In this document: piece by piece, positions 1-12,821 of the stretch
Layout: every line of letters starts with the position of its first letter
Numbering within the stretch: the first letter of the stretch is position 1
Assembly (NCBI GenBank): GCA_948907985.1
Contig: CAQWMM010000004.1
Span: 319 to 64,318, forward strand
DNA length: 64,000 bases
Reading direction: 5' to 3'
Source of the DNA: an uncultured Bacillota bacterium
GTDB lineage: Bacteria; Bacillota; Dehalobacteriia; UBA4068; UBA4997
Position numbers and translations under genes: made by a program
Notes under the pieces: generated by a model
The model's input: the letters and a program-made list of their open reading frames with translations, nothing else
Database searches by the model: none
What the model was told of the DNA's origin: nothing

Positions 1-2
1 AG

Positions 3-2660
3 GTTTGGATGGGGCAGCCGGTCGCCTATCGACTGAACATGAACGGCGAGATTACGGATGTTAAACTCTTTTCTTCTGTGTTAAACGCGAGCCAAGAAGA
101 GATCCAGGTAGTAAACAATACTTATCTGAAAAGCGCTTCCAGCAGTAAATTCTATACCCTGGCGCAAAACGCAGTTATTTTTGAGGTTGGCGAAGACGAC
201 CATAATGTGGACGTTTGTTTGGTGAACCGCTCCGATTTGCTGACCGGCGGGGATTTTACGCCGGAAACTCTAAGCAATATTGCCATGGGTAGTATTGACG
301 GCGCACCTGCTTTCTATGATTTAGATGCCTATGCCAAATTTGAGTTGAACGCGGATGGGGCTATCTGCGCTTTGGCTTATACGACGCCTAGCCGTGTAAC
401 ATTACGCTACGCTGTGATTGAAGATTGCAAAATTGTTGATGAAAATCATGCCGGCGAATTGGACAACGGAATGTATGACTATGGTATCAAGCTGGTTGGT
501 AATGAGTATATTTATGATTTGGATCGTATGCTACCAGGAATAGGCAATGGCCGATTTGTTATTTATGGTTTGGCTGGCAACGCAGTAATTCCGTTCTATG
601 TTTATAAGCAGAATAATGGCTTGACAAATTTTGCTAAGCAGTTAAGCTCCTTTAATGACGGTTTGCTGAATTTTGCTGAGCCAATCGAGCCGGTTATGGA
701 TGACTTCAATTATAATCAGGATAGCTTGGAAGTAAAAACTGTGCCTACCGATAGCAATACCGTTGTTTATGTGATTGATGAAATAACCGGCGAATATCAA
801 AAAGGTTCTTTGCAGGATATTGCCAAGGGTTCTTGGGCGTATGTTCCGGTGATTGACGAGGACGGTTTTGCCGATTGCGTGCTGGTTGACAATTACTCGC
901 ACAGCACTTTGGAGAGAGTTCCGGTAACCGGTGTTACTCTGAATAAAAGCGAGTTGACCTTGGAGCTGAAAGGCAGCGAACAGCTGACGGCTGCTGTTGA
1001 GCCGGCAAACGCTACCAACAATACGGTGGCCTGGACAAGCAGCAATGAAAACGTGGCTACCGTTGATAAAGACGGCAAGGTTATGGCTGTTGGTGTGGGC
1101 GCCGCGACAATCACCGCGACTGTTGAAAAACAAAAAGCGGAATGTCAGGTAACCGTTAAGGCAACTATCAATGAGGCGCTGGACAATGTTCTGGATAATC
1201 CCAACGCCAGCCAGGCGCAGGTGCAGGAAACTATTAACGCCCTGGATAAGGATGAGCTGGCGGCGGCGATTGTAGCCGATAAAGAACTGATGGCGAAAAT
1301 TGCCCAGCTGGAAAATAAACTGGGTGGCACGACGGTTAATGTGGCGGTGGAAGTGGCTGTAAAGGCTGCCGACGTTATCGTGGTGGGCGCTAAGGTGAAT
1401 GACTTTAAGGCAGAATTGCAGATTGACAAGCCTGAAAACGCAAATATTAAAGTTGACGTGCCGGAAAATTATACAGATTTTCGTTTTTCTATGAACTTGG
1501 TTAATGCCGAAACCCAAGCTAAGGTGGATGTGGTTGTGCCAATGGAAATGACCTTGCCAATCCCGGTAGTCGAGGGAACTATTTTCCGCGCTGATACCTT
1601 TAAGTTGTGGCATAATCATAACGGCCAAAATGTGGAGGTTGCAGCGACAGTTAGCCAAAAAGACGGTAAATGGTTCGCCAAATTTATGGTGAATAGCTTC
1701 AGCGATTTTATAATGACCTATCAGGAGATTAAACTTGACGAGGTTTATACTATTACTTTTGATGCCGACGGCGGCACGCTGGCAACGGGCGTTAGCAATC
1801 CGGATTATGTAACCAAAGGCGGCGAATATACAATGCCTGCCGCCAGCAAGAGCGGCTACACCCTGAAACATTGGGCAATCGGCGCGAAAGACAGCGCCAC
1901 AACTGCCCAAGCTAACGAAACCTACACATTCAGCGCAGATACGACAGTTTACGCTGTTTGGGACCGAAACAGCACCTCCGGCGGCAGCCACAGCGGCGGC
2001 AACCGCAATCCGAGCGGCACAAGCACACCGACCAAACCAGAGCAACCCACCAAACCGACTACGCCCGAAAAGCCCGGAACAACCACCAACCAACCGAGCG
2101 GCACGGTTACCGCGCTGAACATTAACAACGTATTTGCGGACGTTAAAAACGGCGAGTGGTACTCCGAGGCGGTGGCTTACGTTTACAACAAAGGTATGAT
2201 GAACGGCACCGAAAAGGGCTTTGAACCGAACGCCGCCACCACCCGCGCCATGCTGGTTACCATGCTGCACAGATTAGCGGGCGAGCCGAACACCGGCAAT
2301 GCCAACTTCAGCGACGTAGCCGACGGCCAGTGGTTCAGCAAGGCGATTGCCTGGGCCAGCGCTAACGGCGTGGTTACCGGCTATGCGGACGGCAAGTTTG
2401 GCCCCAACGACGCAATCACCCGCGAGCAGTTGGCGGCGGTGCTCTACCGCTTTGCGCAGGCCAAGGGCATGGACGTTTCCGCCAAAAGCGGCTTGAGTAA
2501 TTTCAGCGACAGCGGCAAGGTTAGCGGCTGGGCGCAAGAGGCTATGCAGTGGGCAGTCGGCGCAGGGATAATTAATGGCGATAGCGGAGCGCTGAAACCG
2601 CAGGGTAACGCCACCCGCGCCGAAGTCGCGATGATGATTATGCGCTTTAACGAGATGTAA
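3..2660 (+). CDS. S-layer-homology (SLH) domain surface protein, 5' partial (reading frame open to window edge); Big_2 Ig-like domain, Thr/Pro-rich linker, three C-terminal SLH repeats
   Basis: 883-aa ORF. The Big_2-like block is VTGVTLNKSELTLELKGSEQLTAAVEP...ATITATV. A TPTKPEQPTKPTTPEKP linker is followed by three SLH repeats (e.g. FADVKNGEWYSEAVAYVYNKGMMNGT). The central region is paralogous to the protein at 33060-36236. Confidence 0.8.
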   Translation, partial: VWMGQPVAYRLNMNGEITDVKLFSSVLNASQEEIQVVNNTYLKSASSSKFYTLAQNAVIFEVGEDDHNVDVCLVNRSDLLTGGDFTPETLSNIAMGSIDGAPAFYDLDAYAKFELNADGAICALAYTTPSRVTLRYAVIEDCKIVDENHAGELDNGMYDYGIKLVGNEYIYDLDRMLPGIGNGRFVIYGLAGNAVIPFYVYKQNNGLTNFAKQLSSFNDGLLNFAEPIEPVMDDFNYNQDSLEVKTVPTDSNTVVYVIDEITGEYQKGSLQDIAKGSWAYVPVIDEDGFADCVLVDNYSHSTLERVPVTGVTLNKSELTLELKGSEQLTAAVEPANATNNTVAWTSSNENVATVDKDGKVMAVGVGAATITATVEKQKAECQVTVKATINEALDNVLDNPNASQAQVQETINALDKDELAAAIVADKELMAKIAQLENKLGGTTVNVAVEVAVKAADVIVVGAKVNDFKAELQIDKPENANIKVDVPENYTDFRFSMNLVNAETQAKVDVVVPMEMTLPIPVVEGTIFRADTFKLWHNHNGQNVEVAATVSQKDGKWFAKFMVNSFSDFIMTYQEIKLDEVYTITFDADGGTLATGVSNPDYVTKGGEYTMPAASKSGYTLKHWAIGAKDSATTAQANETYTFSADTTVYAVWDRNSTSGGSHSGGNRNPSGTSTPTKPEQPTKPTTPEKPGTTTNQPSGTVTALNINNVFADVKNGEWYSEAVAYVYNKGMMNGTEKGFEPNAATTRAMLVTMLHRLAGEPNTGNANFSDVADGQWFSKAIAWASANGVVTGYADGKFGPNDAITREQLAAVLYRFAQAKGMDVSAKSGLSNFSDSGKVSGWAQEAMQWAVGAGIINGDSGALKPQGNATRAEVAMMIMRFNEM

Positions 2661-2778
2661 TAATAAAATTATCGAGAACCGGCCCGCCAATCAGGCCAGC
2701 TCTTGAGATTTAGAAAATGATAATGCACCCCAAAGGTACCTAACTTTTGGGGTGCATTGCTTTTTAGCGTTTTTTTGT

Positions 2779-4224
2779 TTAGGCGCGCCTTGCCTCTATC
2801 TCCTCCGCCTCTGTCGGCTGCAAATGCAGAACATGGCGTTTGGCCTCGCCGTTGGTGTTTTGCAGGGCCGCATTGGCATTAGCCAGCAACAGTTTAATGC
2901 GGTTCTCCTGATTGGTGCGCGACGCTCCCGGGTCATAGTCAATCGCCACAATATTAGCCTCCGGGTGGCGTTCCTTAACCGCGCGGATCATGCCTTTAGC
3001 CACAATATGATTAGGCAGGCAGCCAAAAGGCTGGGCCGACACAATATTATTCACGCCGCTTTCAATCAAATCCAGCATTTCGCCGGTCAGCAGCCAGCCC
3101 TCGCCCATTTTAACCCCCTGGCTGATACAGCCTTTGGCCGCGCGCTGAACCTGCGCAAATGTAGCCGGCGGCATAAAAGTTCCGTCCAGGCGGATAACAT
3201 TGCGCATGGCCAGCTGCCCAACCATCAGCAGCTTAAACAACGCCTTTTGCAAAAGGTTTTTCAGGGTCGGGCGGCTGTAAAGCTTGGCGTCGACAAAATT
3301 GTTATTCAAACAGTAAAGCATAAAATCCAAAACACCCGTAACCACTGGCTGCGCTCCCTGGCTGATCAGATAATTTTCCAGATCGTTATTGCCCAACGGC
3401 GCATACTTCATATAAATTTCGCCCACAATGCCCACTTTGGGTTTAAGCACTTTCCGCCGTTTAATCTGTTTAAAGGCGTTCAAAATCTTCAGATAATTCG
3501 GCCCCAGCATCAAAAAGCGCCCCGAGGCAAAAGCCTGGTCCAGCTGATTGGTTAAAATCTCCACCACCTTGTCGGTGTGCCCGGCGATCTCCTCATATGG
3601 TTTGCACTGATTTTTCAGCCACAAAATCATATCGCCGTAATAACAGGCGAACAGGCAGCGCAGCAGCGTCCCCTTGCTCAAATAAAATCCGCCCTCCGCC
3701 TGCAATCTATCCAACCGCAGGGCAATCACCGGGATATGTGAAAGCCCATTTTTCTCCAGCGCCTTGCGCAGCAAATATATGTAGTTAGAGGCCCGGCAGC
3801 CGCCGCCGGTTTGGGGCAGCAGCAGGGCAATTTTGCTCAAATCATATTTGCCGCTTTTAATCGCGTCCAAAAGCTGACCAATCGCCAGCAGGGCCGGGTA
3901 GCAGGTGTCATTGTGAACATTTTGCAGCCCCCGCTCCGTAACACTATAACCAACATTTTCCAAAAACTCAATGTTATAGCCCTGCCGGCGCAAAATGCCG
4001 CCAATCAGCTTAAAATGTACAGGCAGCATCTGCGGCACCAAAACAGTATAATCGGCTTTCATATCCGCCGTAAACTGCCGCAAAGGGACTTCATGCTCGC
4101 GCAGTGGCTGTTCCATCTCTTCGCGTTCCGCCTGACTAAACATCATTTCCCAAAGATTGGTCAGCCGATTCAGGTGTGCCTGAAAACTTTGGCCAATTTC
4201 CGTTTTATTGGGCTTCTCCACCAT
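2779..4224 (-). CDS. 2-hydroxyacyl-CoA dehydratase (HgdB/D-component-like) family protein, uncharacterized
   Basis: 481-aa ORF with the conserved Cys-containing architecture of the family. It lies 16 nt downstream of its fusion-activase partner in the same orientation. Confidence 0.55.
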   Translation of the reverse strand: MVEKPNKTEIGQSFQAHLNRLTNLWEMMFSQAEREEMEQPLREHEVPLRQFTADMKADYTVLVPQMLPVHFKLIGGILRRQGYNIEFLENVGYSVTERGLQNVHNDTCYPALLAIGQLLDAIKSGKYDLSKIALLLPQTGGGCRASNYIYLLRKALEKNGLSHIPVIALRLDRLQAEGGFYLSKGTLLRCLFACYYGDMILWLKNQCKPYEEIAGHTDKVVEILTNQLDQAFASGRFLMLGPNYLKILNAFKQIKRRKVLKPKVGIVGEIYMKYAPLGNNDLENYLISQGAQPVVTGVLDFMLYCLNNNFVDAKLYSRPTLKNLLQKALFKLLMVGQLAMRNVIRLDGTFMPPATFAQVQRAAKGCISQGVKMGEGWLLTGEMLDLIESGVNNIVSAQPFGCLPNHIVAKGMIRAVKERHPEANIVAIDYDPGASRTNQENRIKLLLANANAALQNTNGEAKRHVLHLQPTEAEEIEARRA

Positions 4225-4239
4225 GATTTTTACCTCCTG

Positions 4240-7224
4240 CTAACCTATTATTGATTTCTGCGGCAACGATTTTTGCATATTTTTTTCCATAGCCGCCAAC
4301 AAACTGCGCGCCCGGATTTTAACCGCCGCCAGATTATTAACCTCGTCAATTTTCAGCTGGGTATAAATCTTGCCGTTGCGTTCCAAAATATCTTTAAGCT
4401 CGTCGCTGGTTATAGCGTCCAGCCCACAGCCAAAGCTGACAAGCTGCACCAGCTGCATATTCTCATGGCGGCAAACATAGCGCGCCGCATTATACATTCT
4501 GGTGTGATACGTCCATTGGTTCAGAACGTTCACTTTCTGGCTGTATACCAAATCGGTCAAAACGCGCTCCGACACCACCACGAACCCCAGCGAGTTAAAC
4601 ATCTTATCAATACTATGGTTGATCTCCCTGTCCACATGATAAGGCCGACCGGCCAGCACCACCACGTTCCAGCCCTCTTCTTCGGCCTGGCGCAGCGCGT
4701 TCAGGCCATACTCTTCCACATCCGCCCACCAGCTGCGATAAAAACGCCAGGCCTGGTTGGCCGCCTGAATACAGTTGGCCAGCGTAAAGTTCAGTTCCGG
4801 ATACAAATCATAAAAACGGTTCGCCAAAACCAGGCGGTCGTTCAAACTCAAATAAGGATACATAAAGTCAATATCTTTCAGCGCCGGCACGTTGGCATGC
4901 AGCAGCTCGGGATAATAAGCCACCACCGGGCAGTTATAATTCTTATCGCCGCGCCCCTCGTCGATGTTATAACTGGAGCAGGGATAAAAAATCCGCTCCA
5001 CGCCCTTGGCCAACAGCGCCTCAATATGCCCGTGCGCCAGCTTTGCCGGATAACAAACCGTATCCGAGGGGATCGAGAACTGGCCCCTGGCGTAAAGCTG
5101 CCGCGATGATTCGCCGGAAATCACCACATTACATTTAAGCTCCTTAAAAAATGTATACCAAAAAGGCAGATTTTCATACATATTCAAAACCAGCGGTATA
5201 CCAATCGTCAAGCGACCCGGGTTCGCCGCCGCTTCTTCCTCGGCAGTCTGCATCAGCGCTTTAAATTTATTGTTGATGTATTCATAAACATTGGGCCGGT
5301 TCAGCGGTTTGCCGCCCTGCCCCCGCTCACATTTGTTGCCGCTGATAAACCGCCGCCCGTTAGGGAACAGGTTGATTGTCAAAGAACAGTGGTTAGCGCA
5401 GCCCTGGCAGGTAGCCGGCCGGGCCTGATGCTGAAAAGCCGCCACCTCTGCCGCCGGCAAAATGCTGGACGCGCTTTTGCCCAGGGCCTTGTGGCGTTCC
5501 TGCGCATAAAGCGCCGCCCCAAATGCGCCCATCAAACCGGCAATATTCGGGCGCACCACGTCATAACCCAGTTCGCGCTCAAAACTGCGCAGAACCGCGT
5601 CATTCAAAAACGTTCCGCCCTGCACCACGATTTTCCGCCCCAGCTCGCTGGCACTGTGCACCCGCAGCACCTTGTAAATGGCGTTTTTCACCACGCTGAT
5701 TGCCAGGCCGGCGCTGACGTCGCCAATTTCCGCCCCGTCGCGCTGGGCCTGCTTAACAGAGGAGTTCATAAAAACGGTGCAGCGCGAGCCCAAATCCACC
5801 GGCCGTCTGGCGAATAAGGCCAGTTTAGCAAATTCCGCCGGCGAATAGCCCAGCGCCTCCGCAAAAGTCTGGATAAAAGAACCGCAGCCGGAACTGCAAG
5901 CCTCATTCAACACAATACTGTCAATCGTGTCATTGCGGATGGTGAAACATTTCATATCCTGCCCGCCGATGTCAATAATGTAGTCCACCTGCGGCTCGAA
6001 AAAGTGGGCCGCCGTAAAATGGGCCACCGTTTCCACCAGACCATAATCGATATTAAAAGCGTTCTGGATCAGTTCCTCACCGTAACCGGTAACCGCCCCG
6101 GCGCGCAGTTCGATTCGGTCGCCCAACAATTCGTAAATGTGCAGCAGCTGGTTTTTAATAATCGGCAGCGGATTGCCCTGATTGCTGGCATAGTAGGTAT
6201 AAAGCAAGTTGCCGTTCTCGCTGATCAGGGCCAGCTTCGATGTGGTGCTGCCCACGTCAATACCCAAATAGGCCGCGCCCCGATAGCTGGCAATATCCGC
6301 CTCCGGCACGCTGTCGCGGCGGTGCCGGTCCAAAAACTGTGCGTATTCCACTTCATCAGCAAAAAGCGGCTCTAAAAATCGGCTTTTACCCTTAATTGCG
6401 CTTTGCGAATCCAGCAGTTTTTTCTTCAGATCCTTATAGGTAAAAGTTTCCGTCTGGCCGTCCGCATAAACCGCCGCGCCCAGGGCCACAAAATATTGCC
6501 CCATTTCCGGAAAGACGGCGTTTTCCGGCGCCAGCCGCAGCGTTTCGATAAAGCGCTGCCGCAAACCCATATTAAAAGAAAGCGGCCCGCCCAAAAACAG
6601 AACCTGCCCCTCAATCCGCCGCCCCTGAGCCAGGCCGGTAACCGTCTGCTCGGCCACCGCCTGATAAATACTGGCGGCAATATCTTCCTTGGCGGCTCCC
6701 TGGTTAATCAGCGGCTGAATATCCGTTTTGGCAAAAACCCCGCAGCGCGAGGCTATCGGATAAATTTTTTTATGGCGCAGGCTAAGTTCGTCCAATTCTT
6801 CCACGCTGACATTAAGCAGCGTCGCCATTTGGTCGATAAACGCCCCCGTGCCGCCGGCGCAGGTGCCATTCATGCGCTCCTCCATGCCGCCGGTCAAAAA
6901 CAAAATTTTAGCGTCCTCGCCGCCCAGCTCAATGACCACATCCGTGTCCGGCTCCAACTCGTCCACCGCGCCGGACAGAGCGTAAACCTCCTGCACAAAA
7001 GGAATACCGCTCGCCTCAGCCAGCGACATCCCAGCCGAGCCGCTAATAGCCACTTTAACCTCATGCTTGTTAAGCAGCAGAGCCAACCCCCCGACAATTT
7101 CCGTCAGCTTTTCAGCAATTCTGGAACCATGGCGCTGATAGGTTGAATATAGCAGCCGTCCGCCATCGTCAATTAAAACTACCTTAATAGTTGTCGAACC
7201 AATATCAATACCTAATCTATACAT
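4240..7224 (-). CDS. CoA-substrate-specific enzyme activase: tandem BadF/BadG/BcrA/BcrD(HgdC)-type ATPase domains fused to a C-terminal dehydratase-associated domain
   Basis: 994-aa ORF. There are two actin-fold ATPase N-termini: MYRLGIDIGSTTIKVVLID and, from about aa 310, YLGIDVGSTTSKLALIS. A Cys-rich C-terminal domain follows. It forms an operon with 2779-4224. Confidence 0.6.
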   Translation of the reverse strand: MYRLGIDIGSTTIKVVLIDDGGRLLYSTYQRHGSRIAEKLTEIVGGLALLLNKHEVKVAISGSAGMSLAEASGIPFVQEVYALSGAVDELEPDTDVVIELGGEDAKILFLTGGMEERMNGTCAGGTGAFIDQMATLLNVSVEELDELSLRHKKIYPIASRCGVFAKTDIQPLINQGAAKEDIAASIYQAVAEQTVTGLAQGRRIEGQVLFLGGPLSFNMGLRQRFIETLRLAPENAVFPEMGQYFVALGAAVYADGQTETFTYKDLKKKLLDSQSAIKGKSRFLEPLFADEVEYAQFLDRHRRDSVPEADIASYRGAAYLGIDVGSTTSKLALISENGNLLYTYYASNQGNPLPIIKNQLLHIYELLGDRIELRAGAVTGYGEELIQNAFNIDYGLVETVAHFTAAHFFEPQVDYIIDIGGQDMKCFTIRNDTIDSIVLNEACSSGCGSFIQTFAEALGYSPAEFAKLALFARRPVDLGSRCTVFMNSSVKQAQRDGAEIGDVSAGLAISVVKNAIYKVLRVHSASELGRKIVVQGGTFLNDAVLRSFERELGYDVVRPNIAGLMGAFGAALYAQERHKALGKSASSILPAAEVAAFQHQARPATCQGCANHCSLTINLFPNGRRFISGNKCERGQGGKPLNRPNVYEYINNKFKALMQTAEEEAAANPGRLTIGIPLVLNMYENLPFWYTFFKELKCNVVISGESSRQLYARGQFSIPSDTVCYPAKLAHGHIEALLAKGVERIFYPCSSYNIDEGRGDKNYNCPVVAYYPELLHANVPALKDIDFMYPYLSLNDRLVLANRFYDLYPELNFTLANCIQAANQAWRFYRSWWADVEEYGLNALRQAEEEGWNVVVLAGRPYHVDREINHSIDKMFNSLGFVVVSERVLTDLVYSQKVNVLNQWTYHTRMYNAARYVCRHENMQLVQLVSFGCGLDAITSDELKDILERNGKIYTQLKIDEVNNLAAVKIRARSLLAAMEKNMQKSLPQKSIIG

Positions 7225-7403
7225 AAAGTTCCCCCTGGTAAAAAATCAGATATTAAATTTCTTGGGTTTATTTGTCGTGTTTCTTCCTATTATAATATAT
7301 TTTTAAAAAAAATCAAGTCTTTTTTTATACTTGTCAAAAAATATAAAATAGAGTATAATAATGTTAAACTATTTTTTCACTAAATTCACAGGGAGGCGCC
7401 AAT

Positions 7404-7781
7404 ATGCCAGCATACATTAATATTCTATTAAATCTTTTTTTTATTGTTCTGATTTTTGTGGCCATTATTGCCATAGTAGTCAGCAAACTGCACGAAAAAC
7501 CGCTGCAATGGCCGGACTTGGCAAATTTTGGAGAACAGCGCGAAGTTTGGCTGGAGGGCATGGAGGATTTGGATCTTTTCCCACAGTATGGTTATCACCG
7601 CTATCGCGACGTTTATCTTAATATGCGCCGAATCCCGGTAATAGTTATGGAGCCAAAAATCATTGACGAGCAGCTTTGCTATCGTTTCATCGACGTTAAA
7701 ACCGGCGAGGAGGGGTATGACATTCCCCAGTTCGTAATGCTTTTGGGTACCGAAACCCCGGCCAAAATTGTCAGTTTTTAA
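7404..7781 (+). CDS. hypothetical small membrane protein
   Basis: 125-aa ORF with an N-terminal TM helix. The RBS is GGGAGG 7 nt upstream. An upstream promoter reads TTGTCA-17-TATAAT (7330-7360). Confidence 0.5.
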   Translation: MPAYINILLNLFFIVLIFVAIIAIVVSKLHEKPLQWPDLANFGEQREVWLEGMEDLDLFPQYGYHRYRDVYLNMRRIPVIVMEPKIIDEQLCYRFIDVKTGEEGYDIPQFVMLLGTETPAKIVSF

Positions 7782-7789
7782 AAAACTAA

Positions 7790-7828
7790 AAAATCCCCTA
7801 ATAATAAATATTAAGGGATTTTTTTATT
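7790..7828. terminator. bidirectional intrinsic terminator between the small ORF (+) and atpC (-)
   Basis: The hairpin is aaaaatcccctaat...attaagggattttttt, with T/A tracts on both sides. Confidence 0.5.
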
Positions 7829-7837
7829 ATGCTTTAA

Positions 7838-8251
7838 TTATTTAAGCTTACTGGCCTTAATACGGTTAATAGCGCGGTGCAGAGAAAGTTCACAGCGCAG
7901 CAAATCCAAATCCTGTCTGCGGCTGTGGTCATGCAGACGTTCCTCCGCTCTGGCTTTAGCAGCCTGCGCTCTGGCCACATTAATCTCTTCGGCGCGCTCG
8001 GCCGCCTCGGCCAGCACAATAACAGTGTTGTCCTTAACCTCAGCAAAGCCGCCGCTCACCGTCAAATAATGGTCAGCATTAGCCTGATTATATTTCACAA
8101 TGCCAATATCTAATGTTGTCATCAAGGGCGCATGATTCTTCAAAACGCCCATCGAACCCTTGGTGGCCGGCAAATTAACCGTCGCCACATTCTCTGACAT
8201 CAACAGACCGGCAGGTGTAACAATATCCAAGCGGATTACATCTTCAGCCAT
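7838..8251 (-). CDS. atpC: F1Fo ATP synthase epsilon subunit
   Basis: 137 aa. The N-terminus is MAEDVIRLDIVTPAGLL. It is the last gene of the atp operon. Confidence 0.9.
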   Translation of the reverse strand: MAEDVIRLDIVTPAGLLMSENVATVNLPATKGSMGVLKNHAPLMTTLDIGIVKYNQANADHYLTVSGGFAEVKDNTVIVLAEAAERAEEINVARAQAAKARAEERLHDHSRRQDLDLLRCELSLHRAINRIKASKLK

Positions 8252-8254
8252 AGC

Positions 8255-9655
<1,401 letters not shown>

Positions 9656-9701
9656 TCAACCTCCTTAAAAGCAGGGATCATTTTTTCTCAAGCGCGCAGC
9701 C

Positions 9702-10586
9702 CTATTCCAGAGCCGCCGCGCCGCCGACAATCTCGGTAATTTCTGTTGTAATCTGAGCCTGACGCGCCCGGTTGAGTGAAAGCGTCAGTTTATCAATCAA
9801 TTCAGAGGCGTTGTCGGTCGCCGAATCCATAGCCGTCATACGAGCGCCATGCTCGCCGGCTTTGGCTTCCAGTAGCAGACGGTAAATGGAAGAATCCACA
9901 TATTTGGGCAAAATAACGTCCAAAATCTCTTTGCCGCCCGGCTCAAATATATAGTCGGTTTCAGTCTGCATTCCCTGTTCCGCCTCGGCGTCCGCTTGCG
10001 CCGCGCGCTGGATCGGCAGCACCTGCTGGCAATCCGGCACCTGCGTCAGCACCGAAACAAACCGGGAATAGATGACATGAACCTCGTCAACCTCACCATC
10101 AAGGTATTTTTTGATTACATAATCACTCAGCGCCTTACCTTGGCTGACATTGGGCGCGTCGCCAATATTGGTAAACACGTCCATAACGTTATACTGCGGC
10201 CTGGTGCGGAAGTGCTCGCTGGTTTTGTTGCCAATCAGCAGCATCTCGCCGTTTTGGCCCTCCGGAACAGCTTTAAGCCGCTCTTCGGCAAACCGCAGCA
10301 AGTTGATATTGTAGCCGCCGCAGAGTCCGCGGTCGCCGGCAATTACAATATACAAAATATTTTTCACCTCTTCACGAGGTTTCAAAAACGGAGTATCATA
10401 TTCTTCGCCGCCGGCCAACAGGTGGTCCATAACCTCCTGAATTTTATCCGAATAAGGGCGTATCGCCACCAAAGTAGACTGCGTTTTGCGCAGTTTAGCT
10501 GCCGAAACCATTTTCATGGCCTTGGTAATCTTCTGGGTGCTGGCAACGCTCTTAATGCGGCGTCTGATGTCACGCATATTAGCCAA
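9702..10586 (-). CDS. atpG: F1Fo ATP synthase gamma subunit
   Basis: 294 aa. The N-terminus is MANMRDIRRRIKSVASTQKITKAMKMV. Confidence 0.9.
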   Translation of the reverse strand: MANMRDIRRRIKSVASTQKITKAMKMVSAAKLRKTQSTLVAIRPYSDKIQEVMDHLLAGGEEYDTPFLKPREEVKNILYIVIAGDRGLCGGYNINLLRFAEERLKAVPEGQNGEMLLIGNKTSEHFRTRPQYNVMDVFTNIGDAPNVSQGKALSDYVIKKYLDGEVDEVHVIYSRFVSVLTQVPDCQQVLPIQRAAQADAEAEQGMQTETDYIFEPGGKEILDVILPKYVDSSIYRLLLEAKAGEHGARMTAMDSATDNASELIDKLTLSLNRARQAQITTEITEIVGGAAALE

Positions 10587-10715
10587 AGCAATCTCACCAC
10601 CTTTACGCTGTAATCGAAATCAAAATATCAAGGTTTTAGTCAGAACATAACCTGCCGCTGCCGGCCAGAACTGTCTGGACGGATTTGAGAGCGGCATAAT
10701 CTGTTCTACGGCCCT

Positions 10716-12227
<1,512 letters not shown>

Positions 12228-12269
12228 TCACCTCTCTAAGTTCATCCTACATAAATTTATAACAACGCC

Positions 12270-12821
12270 TTACTGCTCGTCTTCCAGCGTCAACGAGTCC
12301 TTTAAGGCCCGCAGCTGCTGGCTTAAACTGGCGTCATATACTGTATCGTCAATCTGCACCTTAAGCCCGCCGATCAAATTTTTGTCAACCTGGGCTTTCA
12401 GGCGGATTTTGGCGTTCAGCTTGGCAGCCAGCGCCTGTTCCAGCGCCGCCGCCTCTTTTTCGGCCAAAGGCACCGCCGTATGCACCAGAACCTGGCGCAC
12501 ACCGTCGGCCTCGTCGCAAAGATCCAGATACGCGGCCAAAAATTCCGGCAGACTGGCCTCCCGCCCTTTATCCAAAACCAGGAAAATAAAGTTCTGAATT
12601 TCCTGCGGGGCGTCGTCCTTAGCCAAAAGCTGGCTAATCAACTTCTTTTTATCAGAAGTCGACATCAGCTTGCCATAAATCATCTGGCCGAGCTCCTCAT
12701 TTTGCTGCAACATCTCCACAAAATCCTGAAGAACGCGGCCAAAGGCGGCCTGCTGCTGTTTGGCCTGCGCCAGCTCCAGCAAAGCCTTTGCATAGCGTTT
12801 TGTCAAACCAGCCTTAATCAT
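12270..12821 (-). CDS. atpH: F1Fo ATP synthase delta (OSCP) subunit
   Basis: The listed ORF is 190 aa. The likely true start is the ATG at 12821 (MIKAGLTKRYAKALLELA), which removes the overlap with atpF. Confidence 0.8.
   Translation of the reverse strand: MIKAGLTKRYAKALLELAQAKQQQAAFGRVLQDFVEMLQQNEELGQMIYGKLMSTSDKKKLISQLLAKDDAPQEIQNFIFLVLDKGREASLPEFLAAYLDLCDEADGVRQVLVHTAVPLAEKEAAALEQALAAKLNAKIRLKAQVDKNLIGGLKVQIDDTVYDASLSQQLRALKDSLTLEDEQ

Noticed and set aside
642-2270. 542-aa minus-strand ORF antisense to the SLH protein gene (and nested 73- and 94-aa ORFs)
   Set aside because: It lies entirely within a well-supported plus-strand gene that has clear domain homology. Its translation is low-complexity (Ala/Gly/Arg-rich), typical of the antisense frame of GC-rich coding DNA. 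No RBS is present.
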